Of a DNA stretch of 64,000 nt, positions 19,701 through 28,063 are shown in pieces. The stretch comes from Candidatus Nanohalarchaeota archaeon (GTDB taxonomy: Archaea; Nanohalarchaeota; Nanosalinia; Nanosalinales; Nanosalinaceae): contig JALDAJ010000001.1 in the NCBI GenBank assembly GCA_022729235.1, positions 450,442 to 514,441 on the forward strand, in the 5' to 3' direction. A program made the position numbers and the translations under genes. Under the pieces are notes generated by a model. It searched no databases, was not told the DNA's origin, and was given only the letters and a program-made list of their open reading frames with translations. Every line of letters begins with the position of its first letter. Position 1 is the first letter of the stretch.

Positions 19701-20288
19701 TCATAGCAAAACTGTCTCTACCAGTGTAAAGATGAATCTGTTCCTGGCACCTGAGACTTCGTACTCTATGTTACCTTCCTCGACGTGTTTACCGACCTTG
19801 TCCCGCATCTCTACCGGACCCTCGATGTCGTCCATCATCATATCTTCTATAGCAACTACGTGGATAGAGACCTGGATGTTCGGATCCTCAAGTTTTTCAG
19901 GGCTGATTTTAAGCTCCTCAAGGCTGTCATCAAGCTTTATAGAAGCCGACCTGTTCTCGGGCAGGAGTTTTTCGTTCAAGACTTCCCGGACAGCGTCTTT
20001 CTCCTCTCCCAGGTCGTCAAGTCCGTCCTCCTCTGCCAGGGCAGTCACGAACTCGTCGCTGAACTCTCCGTGTATCTGTATGTCAGCCCTTACTTCAGGT
20101 ATGATCCGTTCTATAACAGCTACGAGGTAGCGGGCAGGTCCCGGCGCCTCGTCCAGCAACTCTTCTTTAGCTTCCTCAAGGTCGATAACTTCTTCCTCTT
20201 CAAGAAAACCGTCGTCCTCACTGGGCTGGGCTGTGGCAAGACCTGTCGCCATTAGAAGGATGACTGCGGAGACCAGAACTTTCCTCAT
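19701..20288 (-). CDS. Secreted acidic protein of unknown function
   Basis: Signal peptide MRKVLVSAVILLMATGLATAQ. The ORF track begins 8 codons upstream, at 20312. Confidence 0.6.
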   Translation of the reverse strand: MRKVLVSAVILLMATGLATAQPSEDDGFLEEEEVIDLEEAKEELLDEAPGPARYLVAVIERIIPEVRADIQIHGEFSDEFVTALAEEDGLDDLGEEKDAVREVLNEKLLPENRSASIKLDDSLEELKISPEKLEDPNIQVSIHVVAIEDMMMDDIEGPVEMRDKVGKHVEEGNIEYEVSGARNRFIFTLVETVLL

Positions 20289-20350
20289 AAATTGAAACTC
20301 GTCGCTATACATAAAAAATAACTGATTACTTCTGTCGCGGAAAGACGGTT

Positions 20351-20734
20351 ATGTTGCAGGTAACTGATTTAATCATTCACGACAAGTGTAATGTGATGGC
20401 TGTCCAAGATGACAGGGACTCTGATGATTTTTCTGATATATCTATGCATCTAACTCGTTCACCGGTCTCTCGGGCACTCCCTTCTGCCGAGGGAACAGAG
20501 CTTATGGAGGCTAAGAATATGCTGGAGGAGAGGTTGAGAGAACAGCCTGGTGTTGCGATGGGAGTCAGACATCAAACGGGTGAAAATTACAGGGGCATTA
20601 AGGTAGAGAGACATGGTGACGTTATAGTAGGTTACGCGAAAACTATGGGAGTTGATGTAGAACTTGGAGAATACGTATCGGGAGAATGGAAAATAGTAGG
20701 AGAGATAGATTACCGGTTAGTCGGTAACAGGTAA
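20351..20734 (+). CDS. Hypothetical protein
   Basis: 127-aa ORF with no motif. Confidence 0.45.
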   Translation: MLQVTDLIIHDKCNVMAVQDDRDSDDFSDISMHLTRSPVSRALPSAEGTELMEAKNMLEERLREQPGVAMGVRHQTGENYRGIKVERHGDVIVGYAKTMGVDVELGEYVSGEWKIVGEIDYRLVGNR

Positions 20735-20742
20735 AGTAACCA

Positions 20743-21072
20743 CTAACTCTCCACTTCGTTACCTGCTTCTTTCCAGCCCTCGGTACCGGGTTCGTAGTCG
20801 TAAACGTTCTCGAAACCAAGTTTCTCAAGTTTCTCAGCTGCTGTCGGTGAAGCCGTACACATCTCGTCCTTGCAGTACACCACGATCTCCTGGTCCTCGT
20901 CAAACCTTTGTCTGGCTTCTACTGCGATACTCTCCAGCGGGATGTTGACCGCGCCGGGAAGGTGTTCTTCCTCGAAGTACTCCTCGTCAAGCACGTCGAT
21001 AACCACGAGGTCTTCACTGTTTTCCATCTTATCCTCCAGCTCTCCAGTTGATATAGTATTTACCATGTTCAA
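20743..21072 (-). CDS. Single-domain rhodanese-like sulfurtransferase
   Basis: 109 aa. VVIDV..EEYFEEEHLPGAVNIP and IVVYCKDEMC active-site-loop cysteine. Confidence 0.8.
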   Translation of the reverse strand: MNMVNTISTGELEDKMENSEDLVVIDVLDEEYFEEEHLPGAVNIPLESIAVEARQRFDEDQEIVVYCKDEMCTASPTAAEKLEKLGFENVYDYEPGTEGWKEAGNEVES

Positions 21073-21156
21073 TCACAGGGAGAAGTTGTGAACGCCTGAA
21101 GTTAAATCCTCCGGCATCTTCACTCCCATTTCTATAAAAGCAGGAATAAACTCAAT

Positions 21157-21175
21157 CACTGATTATGGCTTACAT
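21157..21175. repeat. 19-nt repeat copy A (CACTGATTATGGCTTACAT)
   Basis: 16 of 19 identical to 22129-22147. Overlaps the stop codon of the 57-aa ORF. Confidence 0.5.
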
Positions 21176-21335
21176 TCAACTGTCTTATCCTGGGAGATAT
21201 CTTCCTCAGACTCCTTGAACTGTTCTAATACATCCTGATCTTCCAAAGTGTCGATTGTAGAGACCATCCGTTCAAACTCCTGTCTCGGTATCTTCACGAA
21301 CTTCCCTTCATCCTCAACGTTTACATCAACAGTCA
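21163..21335 (-). CDS. Unannotated 57-aa acidic ORF (possible small regulator/antitoxin-like protein)
   Basis: Manual translation: MTVDVNVEDEGKFVKIPRQEFERMVSTIDTLEDQDVLEQFKESEEDISQDKTVECKP. Its upstream region carries the same 16-nt motif found upstream of the MNT-HEPN operon. Confidence 0.4.
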
Positions 21336-21359
21336 TGAACAAAGAATTTCACCCGACAC

Positions 21360-21375
21360 ATAAGTGATTTACGGT
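21360..21375 (-). promoter_or_regulatory. Conserved 16-nt promoter/operator motif copy A (ACCGTAAATCACTTAT on the minus strand)
   Basis: Exact copy of 22150-22165. Lies about 25 nt upstream of the small ORF ATG and contains TAAAT. Confidence 0.45.
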
Positions 21376-21439
21376 AGTACAAGCTATTCCGGTTTCAACT
21401 CTGTTGTCTCATGTATCAACAGTAAACAAGGTACGGCTG

Positions 21440-21829
21440 CTATTCAACTATCTTCTTTATCGTTTCAATAAATCTCAGTCCGTTCTCAAGATCTTCTCTG
21501 AAATCTCCGTGGTCAAAATTTACCTCCAGTTCGTAGTCTGCCATATCCCTCTTTTCCTGGAGTCTTTGAAGCAGTATCGCATCGTCTCTTTCAATCAATT
21601 CTTTTTCGTCAAAAAGCACCTGGAAGACCTGGGAGGCTGTTCCTCTATGTGTCTTCGGTTCCAATCCTTCTGCATGTAGAGCGGCTTTAGCAGAGTAAAA
21701 TACCGCGTAGTAAAGCCGATTGTACAGGGGACGTACCGATACACCGGAGTCCTGCATCTTCTCAATATCCTCAACTGCTTCGTCTGTTAAATCCAGGAAA
21801 TCACCGGGAGTCTCAGACATATACTTCAC
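21440..21829 (-). CDS. HEPN domain protein (toxin of an MNT-HEPN pair)
   Basis: 129 aa. YYAVFYSAKAALHAEGLEPKTHRG...LQEKRDMADYE matches the HEPN R-x4-DY motif. Overlaps the upstream MNT gene by 17 nt. Confidence 0.8.
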   Translation of the reverse strand: MKYMSETPGDFLDLTDEAVEDIEKMQDSGVSVRPLYNRLYYAVFYSAKAALHAEGLEPKTHRGTASQVFQVLFDEKELIERDDAILLQRLQEKRDMADYELEVNFDHGDFREDLENGLRFIETIKKIVE

Positions 21830-22124
21830 CGGTATTCTCTACTTCTCTGATGAATATAGTCTCTCTCTTGTCCTCAAACTCTTCTGAGGTCTTGATCAGT
21901 GGTACAATAAACACGCCGTAATCCACGCTGACATCAAATGCTAGGTCTCTCAAGACTTCTATCTGGCTCTCGTCTCCAACCACTGCGAATACATCGATGT
22001 CGGATTCTTCGGTCTGTTCGTCCCTGGCGACACTGCCGTAAAGTATCAGTTTCTCCAGCGAGTCACCAAGTTCTTCTTCTGCCTTTTCTGCAAGTTCTTC
22101 GAAAGCCTCTCTATGCCTCGACAT
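21813..22124 (-). CDS. Minimal nucleotidyltransferase (MNT antitoxin)
   Basis: 103 aa with LYGSVARDEQTEESDIDVFAVV (GS...DxD NTase motif). Confidence 0.85.
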   Translation of the reverse strand: MSRHREAFEELAEKAEEELGDSLEKLILYGSVARDEQTEESDIDVFAVVGDESQIEVLRDLAFDVSVDYGVFIVPLIKTSEEFEDKRETIFIREVENTGEVYV

Positions 22125-22128
22125 ATAC

Positions 22129-22147
22129 CAGTGATTACGGCTTACAG
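22129..22147. repeat. 19-nt repeat copy B (CAGTGATTACGGCTTACAG)
   Basis: Lies in the 5' leader of the MNT gene, 16 of 19 identical to copy A. Confidence 0.5.
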
Positions 22148-22149
22148 AA

Positions 22150-22165
22150 ATAAGTGATTTACGGT
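22150..22165 (-). promoter_or_regulatory. Conserved 16-nt promoter/operator motif copy B
   Basis: ATAAGTGATTTACGGT on the + strand, identical to 21360-21375 and about 28 nt upstream of the MNT ATG. Confidence 0.45.
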
Positions 22166-22189
22166 GGAGAAGAAATTTTTTCTCTGGAG

Positions 22190-22233
22190 AATAGAAAGAA
22201 GAAAAGAAAAGATGTAGAGAGGGCGTCAGCCCT
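22190..22233 (-). terminator. Hairpin plus pyrimidine/T-rich tract terminator of the S-layer-like gene
   Basis: AGGGC-GTCA-GCCCT hairpin immediately 3' of the stop codon, followed on the minus strand by CTTTTCTTTTCTTCTTTC. Confidence 0.4.
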
Positions 22234-24737
22234 TACTCTGTTGAGACAACGCTGTTCTGTCCGGTGTCGATTGTGACCTGTCCGACTCCAGCAACGTCTT
22301 CGCCAAGAAGTGTTCCTGCTTCAGCGTTCATGTTGGCGAGAGCGCTTGCAGCGTTCCGTGTGTCCTGACCGGAGTGTCCAGCTACGACAAGTGCGTCAGC
22401 ATCGTCGCTGAAAGCACCTTCGATGTGCTGAACAATCGCCTGTCCTTCTGTGTACTCGTCGCCTGTCTGTGTCTGACCTTCTTGAGCCAGTTCATCGACA
22501 AGCGTGTTGACTGCAGGTCCTCCGACAAGAATCATGTTCTGATTCCTTTCGGCTGAACCAACGTCACTGTCCAGAAGACCAGAGTCAGGCCATCCAGCAG
22601 GTGTCGATGTAGTGACTGATCCTGCACCTTCAGCGGAAACCGATCCGCCTCTGTCCGTAACTGCTACACCAGCAGAGGACTGAACTGCAGGCAGGTTGAG
22701 TGTGTACTCTCCTTCATCGTCACCGTCGTACTCGACGTACGAACCGAAGTCAGTGTAGTCAACTTCGACATCGTCGTCGCTCTCAAGCGTCTGGAGGTTC
22801 AGCTCTGTAACTGAGTAACCTGCTGAACCTTCTTCTGTGTAGTCGATGTCGTTGTCGAGCTCCAGGTCATGTTCATCTGATTCAGCTGATTCCTGTACTG
22901 GAGTGACTGTGAACCTGCTGTGTGCGTTGTCCGTGTTCTCAGGTTCGTGGACAATCGCTTTAGCTTCAGTTGTACCGTAATCGAAGTCCAGGTATGCTCC
23001 GTTCTCCAGCTCGAGTGCTGGTCCGTTAGCGTCCGTTGGACGCTGGCTTGGAGCATCCCATGTCTCAAGTACGAACTCATCGTGTCCGTCCGTTACGTTG
23101 AAGACGTAGGTCTGACCGTTGATGATCTCTTCTACTGAAGTGTCGTCTGCATCAACTTCGATTTCTACTTCGTCGCCTGTGAAGAGGTTCTCAAGCTCGA
23201 TTTCTCCGTCTTCTGTTGCTGCTCCGTTATCTACGTCTTCGTCAGACGTGATGTCGACTTCTGTGACTTCGTACATGTCGCTGAAGCCACCCTGGTCAGC
23301 GATGAACCTGGCACCTTCTGTCAGCGCTGTTTCGTCTTCGACGTTGACATAGTCACCGTCTTCGTGTGCTAGGGCGACATCAGTTTCGCCTTCACCTACT
23401 GCGAATTCGAGTGTTTCTGTGTTGCCGCTGGTGTCTGTGACTGTGAATTCTGCGAATTCGTCGTCGGTGGAGAATTCTACTTCTGCTGCGCCGTCTGCTG
23501 CGTCAGGGTTGAGTCCTCCGAAGTGTACTTCGATGTTGTCGAAGAAGCTGTGACTCCAGGATTCTCCTGCCCTGATCGCGTCGTCGGATTCGTCGTCGTC
23601 ATCTTCCATTCCGACTGTGACTTCGATCGTCGAGATCTCTACTTCAGTTTCGTCTTCGCCGTCGAATTCGAACTCTTCCTCATCGTCGCCGTTGATAACG
23701 ACTTCTGTTCCTTCAACGTCGTCTCCGTCAGCGTCCTGGATAGGTTCTCCGCTTTCTAGGTTGATCTCTTCACTTCCTACTGCGAAGATGATTTCTCCTG
23801 TGACGTCTAGGTCAGCATCGTCTGCGAAGAGCTCTCTTGCTCTTACTTCTGAGTCGGAGACTCTGACTGTCTCGCCTTCTTCGATGGTCTCTCTGTCTCC
23901 GTCGACCCTGATCTGTGCTTCGCTGCTACCGACTACGAGGACTTCGAATGTGTGCTCGTTGCCGTCGACTGTGATTGTCTCTGAGTCACCTGTCTCTACG
24001 GAGAATCTTTCACTTGAACCGTAGAGTGTTAGTGCGTTCTCTTCGTCTGTCTGGTCGTCAGCGATTGTGAACGTTCTTCCGAACAGTTCGATGTCTTCGC
24101 CCTGTACGTCGTCGTCTGCGAAGTCGATTCCTGAACCGAAGACTGCTTCTACTGAGTAGAGTCCGCCGTTTTCAGCTTCTTCTACAGGTACGTGCAGCTG
24201 TGGGTCTTCTTCTTCGTCACTCATGTAGTCAGACTGTCCGAACTGGACTTGTGCATCTTCTTCTTCAGTTAACCTGTAGTAGTAGTCGATGTCTGTGTCG
24301 TCTCCTGCGTCGTCGACAAAGGTTGTTGTCTCCAGTGCGTTCAGGTCGTCTGATGTCAGTGTGTCTCTGACTGAAGCTACCTGGTCGTTCAGGAACAGGT
24401 TCTGGTTTGCTGTGGAGAGTGTAACTCCGTTGCTTGCTGCCCATGAGCCTGCTGCCCCTCCTACTGCTTCAGTTGTTTCTGTGTATGCGTGCTGGGATAG
24501 TGCTCCAGCGATGTCTACTGCGCCGACAACGTCGATGGTCTTTGCGTCGTCACCAACAACGATATTTGTGTCGACTTCACCGTCGTCTACGAACGGTGCG
24601 GGATAGTCGCCAAGGTCTCCACTGGACCCGTCCTGAGCGGTTGCCATTGCGGCACCACCAACCATGGTGGCTCCCAGGAACAGTGCGGAACCGGCGACTG
24701 CTTTCGCCTTGTTAGATAATTTTGTGATGTTCTTCAT
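22233..24737 (-). CDS. Major cell-surface (S-layer-like) acidic protein
   Basis: 834 aa with a signal peptide (AVAGSALFLGATMVGGAAMATAQ) and an extremely acidic, T/D/E/V-rich repetitive body. Long structured leader and a strong terminator. No PGF-CTERM seen. Confidence 0.8.
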   Translation of the reverse strand: MKNITKLSNKAKAVAGSALFLGATMVGGAAMATAQDGSSGDLGDYPAPFVDDGEVDTNIVVGDDAKTIDVVGAVDIAGALSQHAYTETTEAVGGAAGSWAASNGVTLSTANQNLFLNDQVASVRDTLTSDDLNALETTTFVDDAGDDTDIDYYYRLTEEEDAQVQFGQSDYMSDEEEDPQLHVPVEEAENGGLYSVEAVFGSGIDFADDDVQGEDIELFGRTFTIADDQTDEENALTLYGSSERFSVETGDSETITVDGNEHTFEVLVVGSSEAQIRVDGDRETIEEGETVRVSDSEVRARELFADDADLDVTGEIIFAVGSEEINLESGEPIQDADGDDVEGTEVVINGDDEEEFEFDGEDETEVEISTIEVTVGMEDDDDESDDAIRAGESWSHSFFDNIEVHFGGLNPDAADGAAEVEFSTDDEFAEFTVTDTSGNTETLEFAVGEGETDVALAHEDGDYVNVEDETALTEGARFIADQGGFSDMYEVTEVDITSDEDVDNGAATEDGEIELENLFTGDEVEIEVDADDTSVEEIINGQTYVFNVTDGHDEFVLETWDAPSQRPTDANGPALELENGAYLDFDYGTTEAKAIVHEPENTDNAHSRFTVTPVQESAESDEHDLELDNDIDYTEEGSAGYSVTELNLQTLESDDDVEVDYTDFGSYVEYDGDDEGEYTLNLPAVQSSAGVAVTDRGGSVSAEGAGSVTTSTPAGWPDSGLLDSDVGSAERNQNMILVGGPAVNTLVDELAQEGQTQTGDEYTEGQAIVQHIEGAFSDDADALVVAGHSGQDTRNAASALANMNAEAGTLLGEDVAGVGQVTIDTGQNSVVSTE

Positions 24738-24886
24738 GTGTGATTCACCAATTTTTTACGTGGTTTGTGTTCCACGTTTTCCCCGGGTACTTCGAACTTA
24801 CCGCCCTCAGGGAACTTGAGGCGGTCTTTGAGACCGGATGTCGGCCAGTCTCGGGGCCGCGGGATCCCGATCCCAAAAAAGATTAG

Positions 24887-24958
24887 AACACGCGCGTGCA
24901 CGCGTGTTGTGCATGTGGGAACTGGGTCGGGTCCCAGAGAGCCACTTCTGTAGTGGCT
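24887..24958. promoter_or_regulatory. Cluster of three GC-rich hairpins in the S-layer gene upstream region (candidate structured 5' leader or ncRNA)
   Basis: AACACGCG-CGTGCA-CGCGTGTT (24887-24908), CTGGG-TCGGGT-CCCAG (24922-24937), AGCCACT-TCTGT-AGTGGCT (24940-24958). TTTATAAA TATA at 24988-24995. Confidence 0.4.
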
Positions 24959-25382
24959 GTCCTTATCCAGCTTTAAGGTGTCCTCCCTTTATAAATGTGT
25001 TGAAAAAGGGCGGTTTTAACCGTTCATGGAGCGGTTTAAAGCATTCTGAGACTGTTGTTTGACGTTTTGCAACGTTTAGGATGTCGCTTTCCCGAGATAG
25101 AAGCCTTAGAATCTCTTGATTTGTCTCAAAAAGCTCTTAGAGTAGTTCTTTTAGAAGAAGAATTTTGAGCCGTTGGATTCCTGTTTAAATCTCTTAAAGC
25201 ACTTCTTTTTGGTTGAAACGTTTTTTTGAACGTTTATGAACTTTCTAACGCGTTCTCTCAGACAGGGTCTGTTCGGCTAAATCCGAACAAACCCGGGGTA
25301 GATTGTTTATAAAAGGTGTTTTCATGTGATGTGGTGGTTTCTGCCATAAGTTTTATCTGGTTTCAGGTGAATGGCTTTTGTA

Positions 25383-25783
25383 TGAGTGTTTGTGGAAAAC
25401 TTGAGGGTTGTAAGGAACTGTTCGAAAGAGCTGGTGTGGAGGTCGCCTATCTTTTCGGTTCCTATGCAACGGGCAGACAGCATGAAGACAGTGATGTTGA
25501 TGTAGGTGTTGTGTTCGGCGATCCCGGGAATGTTGATTTTAGCACTATTTCTGGTCTGGAGAAGGAGTTAAGTCAGGAACTTGACAAAGAGGTGGATGTC
25601 AGGGTCATGGACGGTGGTGACCCGCGTTTTGTCTATAATATCTTGAGAACGGGAGAGCCTGTGTTTATAGGTGATGAAGGATTGAGAAGAGGTTTTGAGC
25701 ACAGGGTTATGAGGAAGTACCTGGACATGAAGCCTTTTTACGACGAGTACGATAGGTATGTTGAGGAAAGGGTGACGGCATGA
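25383..25783 (+). CDS. Nucleotidyltransferase (MntA-like antitoxin)
   Basis: YLFGSYATGRQHEDSDVDVGVVFG. The ORF track starts at a GTG at 25316; the ATG at 25383 is more plausible. Confidence 0.8.
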
Positions 25784-26202
25784 AGGCGGATGAGGAGACT
25801 ATCAGGCAGAGGATGGAGATTATAGCCGAGAATAAGGAGTATATTGAGAGTGTGAGAGAGTCTTTTGATCCGGAAAAAGCTGATTTTGAGTCTCTGCAGG
25901 CTGTGAAGCACTGTCTATTTGAGATTGCTGAGGCATGTATCGATATCTCCTCGCATATCATCGCTTCGGAAGGTTTTGAAAGACCGGATGATTATTCAGG
26001 TCTTTTTCCTGTATTGGCGGAGAACGAAATTCTGGATGAAGAGCTTGCGCAGAGACTTGCTGAAATGGCTCGTTTCAGGAATTTCTTGATACATAGATAC
26101 GGGGAGGTAGAGGGTCAGAGGTTGAAGCGGTTTATGGAAGATGATCTTGAGGATGTTTCCGTGTTCACGGAACAGGTTTATGATTATCTTGAAACCTCGT
26201 AA
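25780..26202 (+). CDS. HEPN/DUF86 (HepT-like toxin)
   Basis: FRNFLIHRYGEV is the RNxxxHxY DUF86 motif. Overlaps the MNT stop by 4 nt. Confidence 0.85.
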   Translation: MKADEETIRQRMEIIAENKEYIESVRESFDPEKADFESLQAVKHCLFEIAEACIDISSHIIASEGFERPDDYSGLFPVLAENEILDEELAQRLAEMARFRNFLIHRYGEVEGQRLKRFMEDDLEDVSVFTEQVYDYLETS

Positions 26203-26272
26203 CTGTGCTGTTATCTCACCGGATTCCAGTTGAGGATGATAGAATAGGGAAAAATAAAGGGTTCCTGCTCCT

Positions 26273-26668
26273 CTACTTGTCAACTCTTGGTGTTGGGATG
26301 GGTGGTAGGAGGTTGAGTGTGTCTGCTATCCCTACTGCCTGGGATAGGCATTTGCGGTAGAGGTCGTTCATGAGGGGTGCTTCTATTTTTTCAGGTAGTG
26401 ACTGGTTCTCCTCCCATTCCTCCATTATCTCGTCGAGATGTCCTTTCCAGAGTACGTTGCCTTCGAAGTTTATGCTTGCCGCTGTTTTTCCGCCTGCGTT
26501 GTAGTTGACCTGGAAGATGAACTCTATTTTTGCCACTTTCTCGTCGAAAGCTGATACGGATGCTTTCTCGATTTTCTCTATTTTCGGTGTGTACTGTACC
26601 TGGAGGTCGCCGGATGCGTTCCCGGATTTGGATGCTTCCAGTGACTCTATGTTGAATCCTACTATCAT
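26273..26668 (-). CDS. Hypothetical protein
   Basis: 131 aa, convergent with the HEPN gene. Overlaps an alternative + strand ORF at 26505-26750 that is probably spurious. Confidence 0.5.
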   Translation of the reverse strand: MIVGFNIESLEASKSGNASGDLQVQYTPKIEKIEKASVSAFDEKVAKIEFIFQVNYNAGGKTAASINFEGNVLWKGHLDEIMEEWEENQSLPEKIEAPLMNDLYRKCLSQAVGIADTLNLLPPIPTPRVDK

Positions 26669-26750
26669 GTTTCGGAATGTTGGGTTAAACTCTTTAACCG
26701 TTTCCCTCTTACCGGGGCTCTTTTATTGGTTTCTTGATAGAAAGTATAGT

Positions 26751-27269
26751 ATGGATATCCGTAGTAAAGTCGAGCAGTACGGTATGGTTGCAGTAGGTTT
26801 GATGGTAGGTTTTGGTTTCATGTTTGGTATCGTTTTCAGCTACGCCGGTATGATCGAAACCGGTGGTGGAGGTCCTGGCGGGGATATAGATTTTGAAGGC
26901 GAGCTTCCGGCGGAGAACTATGTAGAGGGTTCATTCGGTCTAGGGCAGCAGGAACAGTTTGCTCTTACATCCCGGAACGATGTGGTCTTTGTTAATGCAT
27001 ACTACGAGAACGAGGAGCAGCTGGAAGAGATGAGATGGCTCGAGTCAGTTCCGGAAGACTTTAACAACAGGGTCTACGTCCAGGTTACCGAGGCAGATTC
27101 CGGCTCGCCGCCAAACCTGCCGTTATCGGATTATCCTAGTATCGCTGTGCTGGGTTCCTCACAGGCATCTCCAGCGGTAGAGGTGGAGTCTGTTTCTAGA
27201 GAAGAAGTAGAGGCTGCGGTCTGTGATACCATGCGTGACATAAGTGACGTGGCTGCGATGTGTGTTTGA
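26751..27269 (+). CDS. Membrane-anchored protein of unknown function
   Basis: Start placed at MDIRSKVEQYGMVAVGLMVGFGFMFGIVF (TM helix), followed by a glycine-rich linker and an acidic domain. Confidence 0.5.
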   Translation: MDIRSKVEQYGMVAVGLMVGFGFMFGIVFSYAGMIETGGGGPGGDIDFEGELPAENYVEGSFGLGQQEQFALTSRNDVVFVNAYYENEEQLEEMRWLESVPEDFNNRVYVQVTEADSGSPPNLPLSDYPSIAVLGSSQASPAVEVESVSREEVEAAVCDTMRDISDVAAMCV

Positions 27270-27298
27270 TAAACTGTTTAATAGACAGTTGAGAACTT

Positions 27299-28063
27299 TT
27301 GTATATGGTTGATGAAGACCGGCTCGAAGAGTGGGTGCAGGAAAAGCTGGATGCAGGAGTTGACAGGGAGCGTATAAAGAAGAGCCTGGAGAACACCGGG
27401 CACGACCCCTCGCTGGTCGAAAAAGTCAGTTCTCCTTTTGATAGCGAGCCGGAGGGTGAGAAAGATGTTTTCCAGGGAGAAGATGACAGCTCAACTGTGG
27501 ACGCAGATGAGTCCGACCCAGTTGAATCAGGTAGTGCTGCAGTTTCTGAGAATGAAGAAGGAGATTCCTCCAGGAGTCTCTCGATTCCCGGTTTTTCAGT
27601 TCCCAGCCTGCCTGTATTGCCTGCTGTTGTTATGCTGGTCATAGTTGCGGGTCTGGGGACCTACTTGTTTGCTCCATCAGCGGATGATCTAGACCTTCCT
27701 GGTGTTTCATCAGTCCCGGATATAGATGTGCCCGAGGTGGATCTGCCAGGTCTTCCAGATATTGGTCTGGATGGTATTTCTTCGACCGTTGAAGGTGCTG
27801 TTTCCGGGCAGGGATGTCCTGATGTTGGCGTGACTATAAGAGATGTGTACACCGATAACGGGGAAACTGTTGCAGAGGTAATGGTGACTAGAAAAGTTGC
27901 GGAGGTAATCCTTGAGGTTTACGATAGCGGTGAGATGGTGGGCTCGGCGACAGGTGAGTTCGGGGGTACCGGCACTCTTACCGTTTCAGCGACCGGGGAC
28001 GAAGTGGTTTTCAGTCCCGTTGATTGTCCAGGAGAGCCTGAAGATACTGAGAGAATCAGTTGA
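27299..28063 (+). CDS. Membrane protein of unknown function with acidic extracytoplasmic region
   Basis: 254 aa with a central TM helix (LPVLPAVVMLVIVAGLGTYLF) and repeated D/P/G-rich segments. Confidence 0.6.
   Translation: MYMVDEDRLEEWVQEKLDAGVDRERIKKSLENTGHDPSLVEKVSSPFDSEPEGEKDVFQGEDDSSTVDADESDPVESGSAAVSENEEGDSSRSLSIPGFSVPSLPVLPAVVMLVIVAGLGTYLFAPSADDLDLPGVSSVPDIDVPEVDLPGLPDIGLDGISSTVEGAVSGQGCPDVGVTIRDVYTDNGETVAEVMVTRKVAEVILEVYDSGEMVGSATGEFGGTGTLTVSATGDEVVFSPVDCPGEPEDTERIS

Noticed and set aside
26505-26750. 5' extension of the plus-strand ORF 26505-27269 overlapping the minus-strand gene 26273-26668
   Set aside because: The hydrophobic, TM-anchored protein sensibly starts at MDIRSK (26751). 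The upstream part overlaps a better-supported acidic minus-strand ORF.
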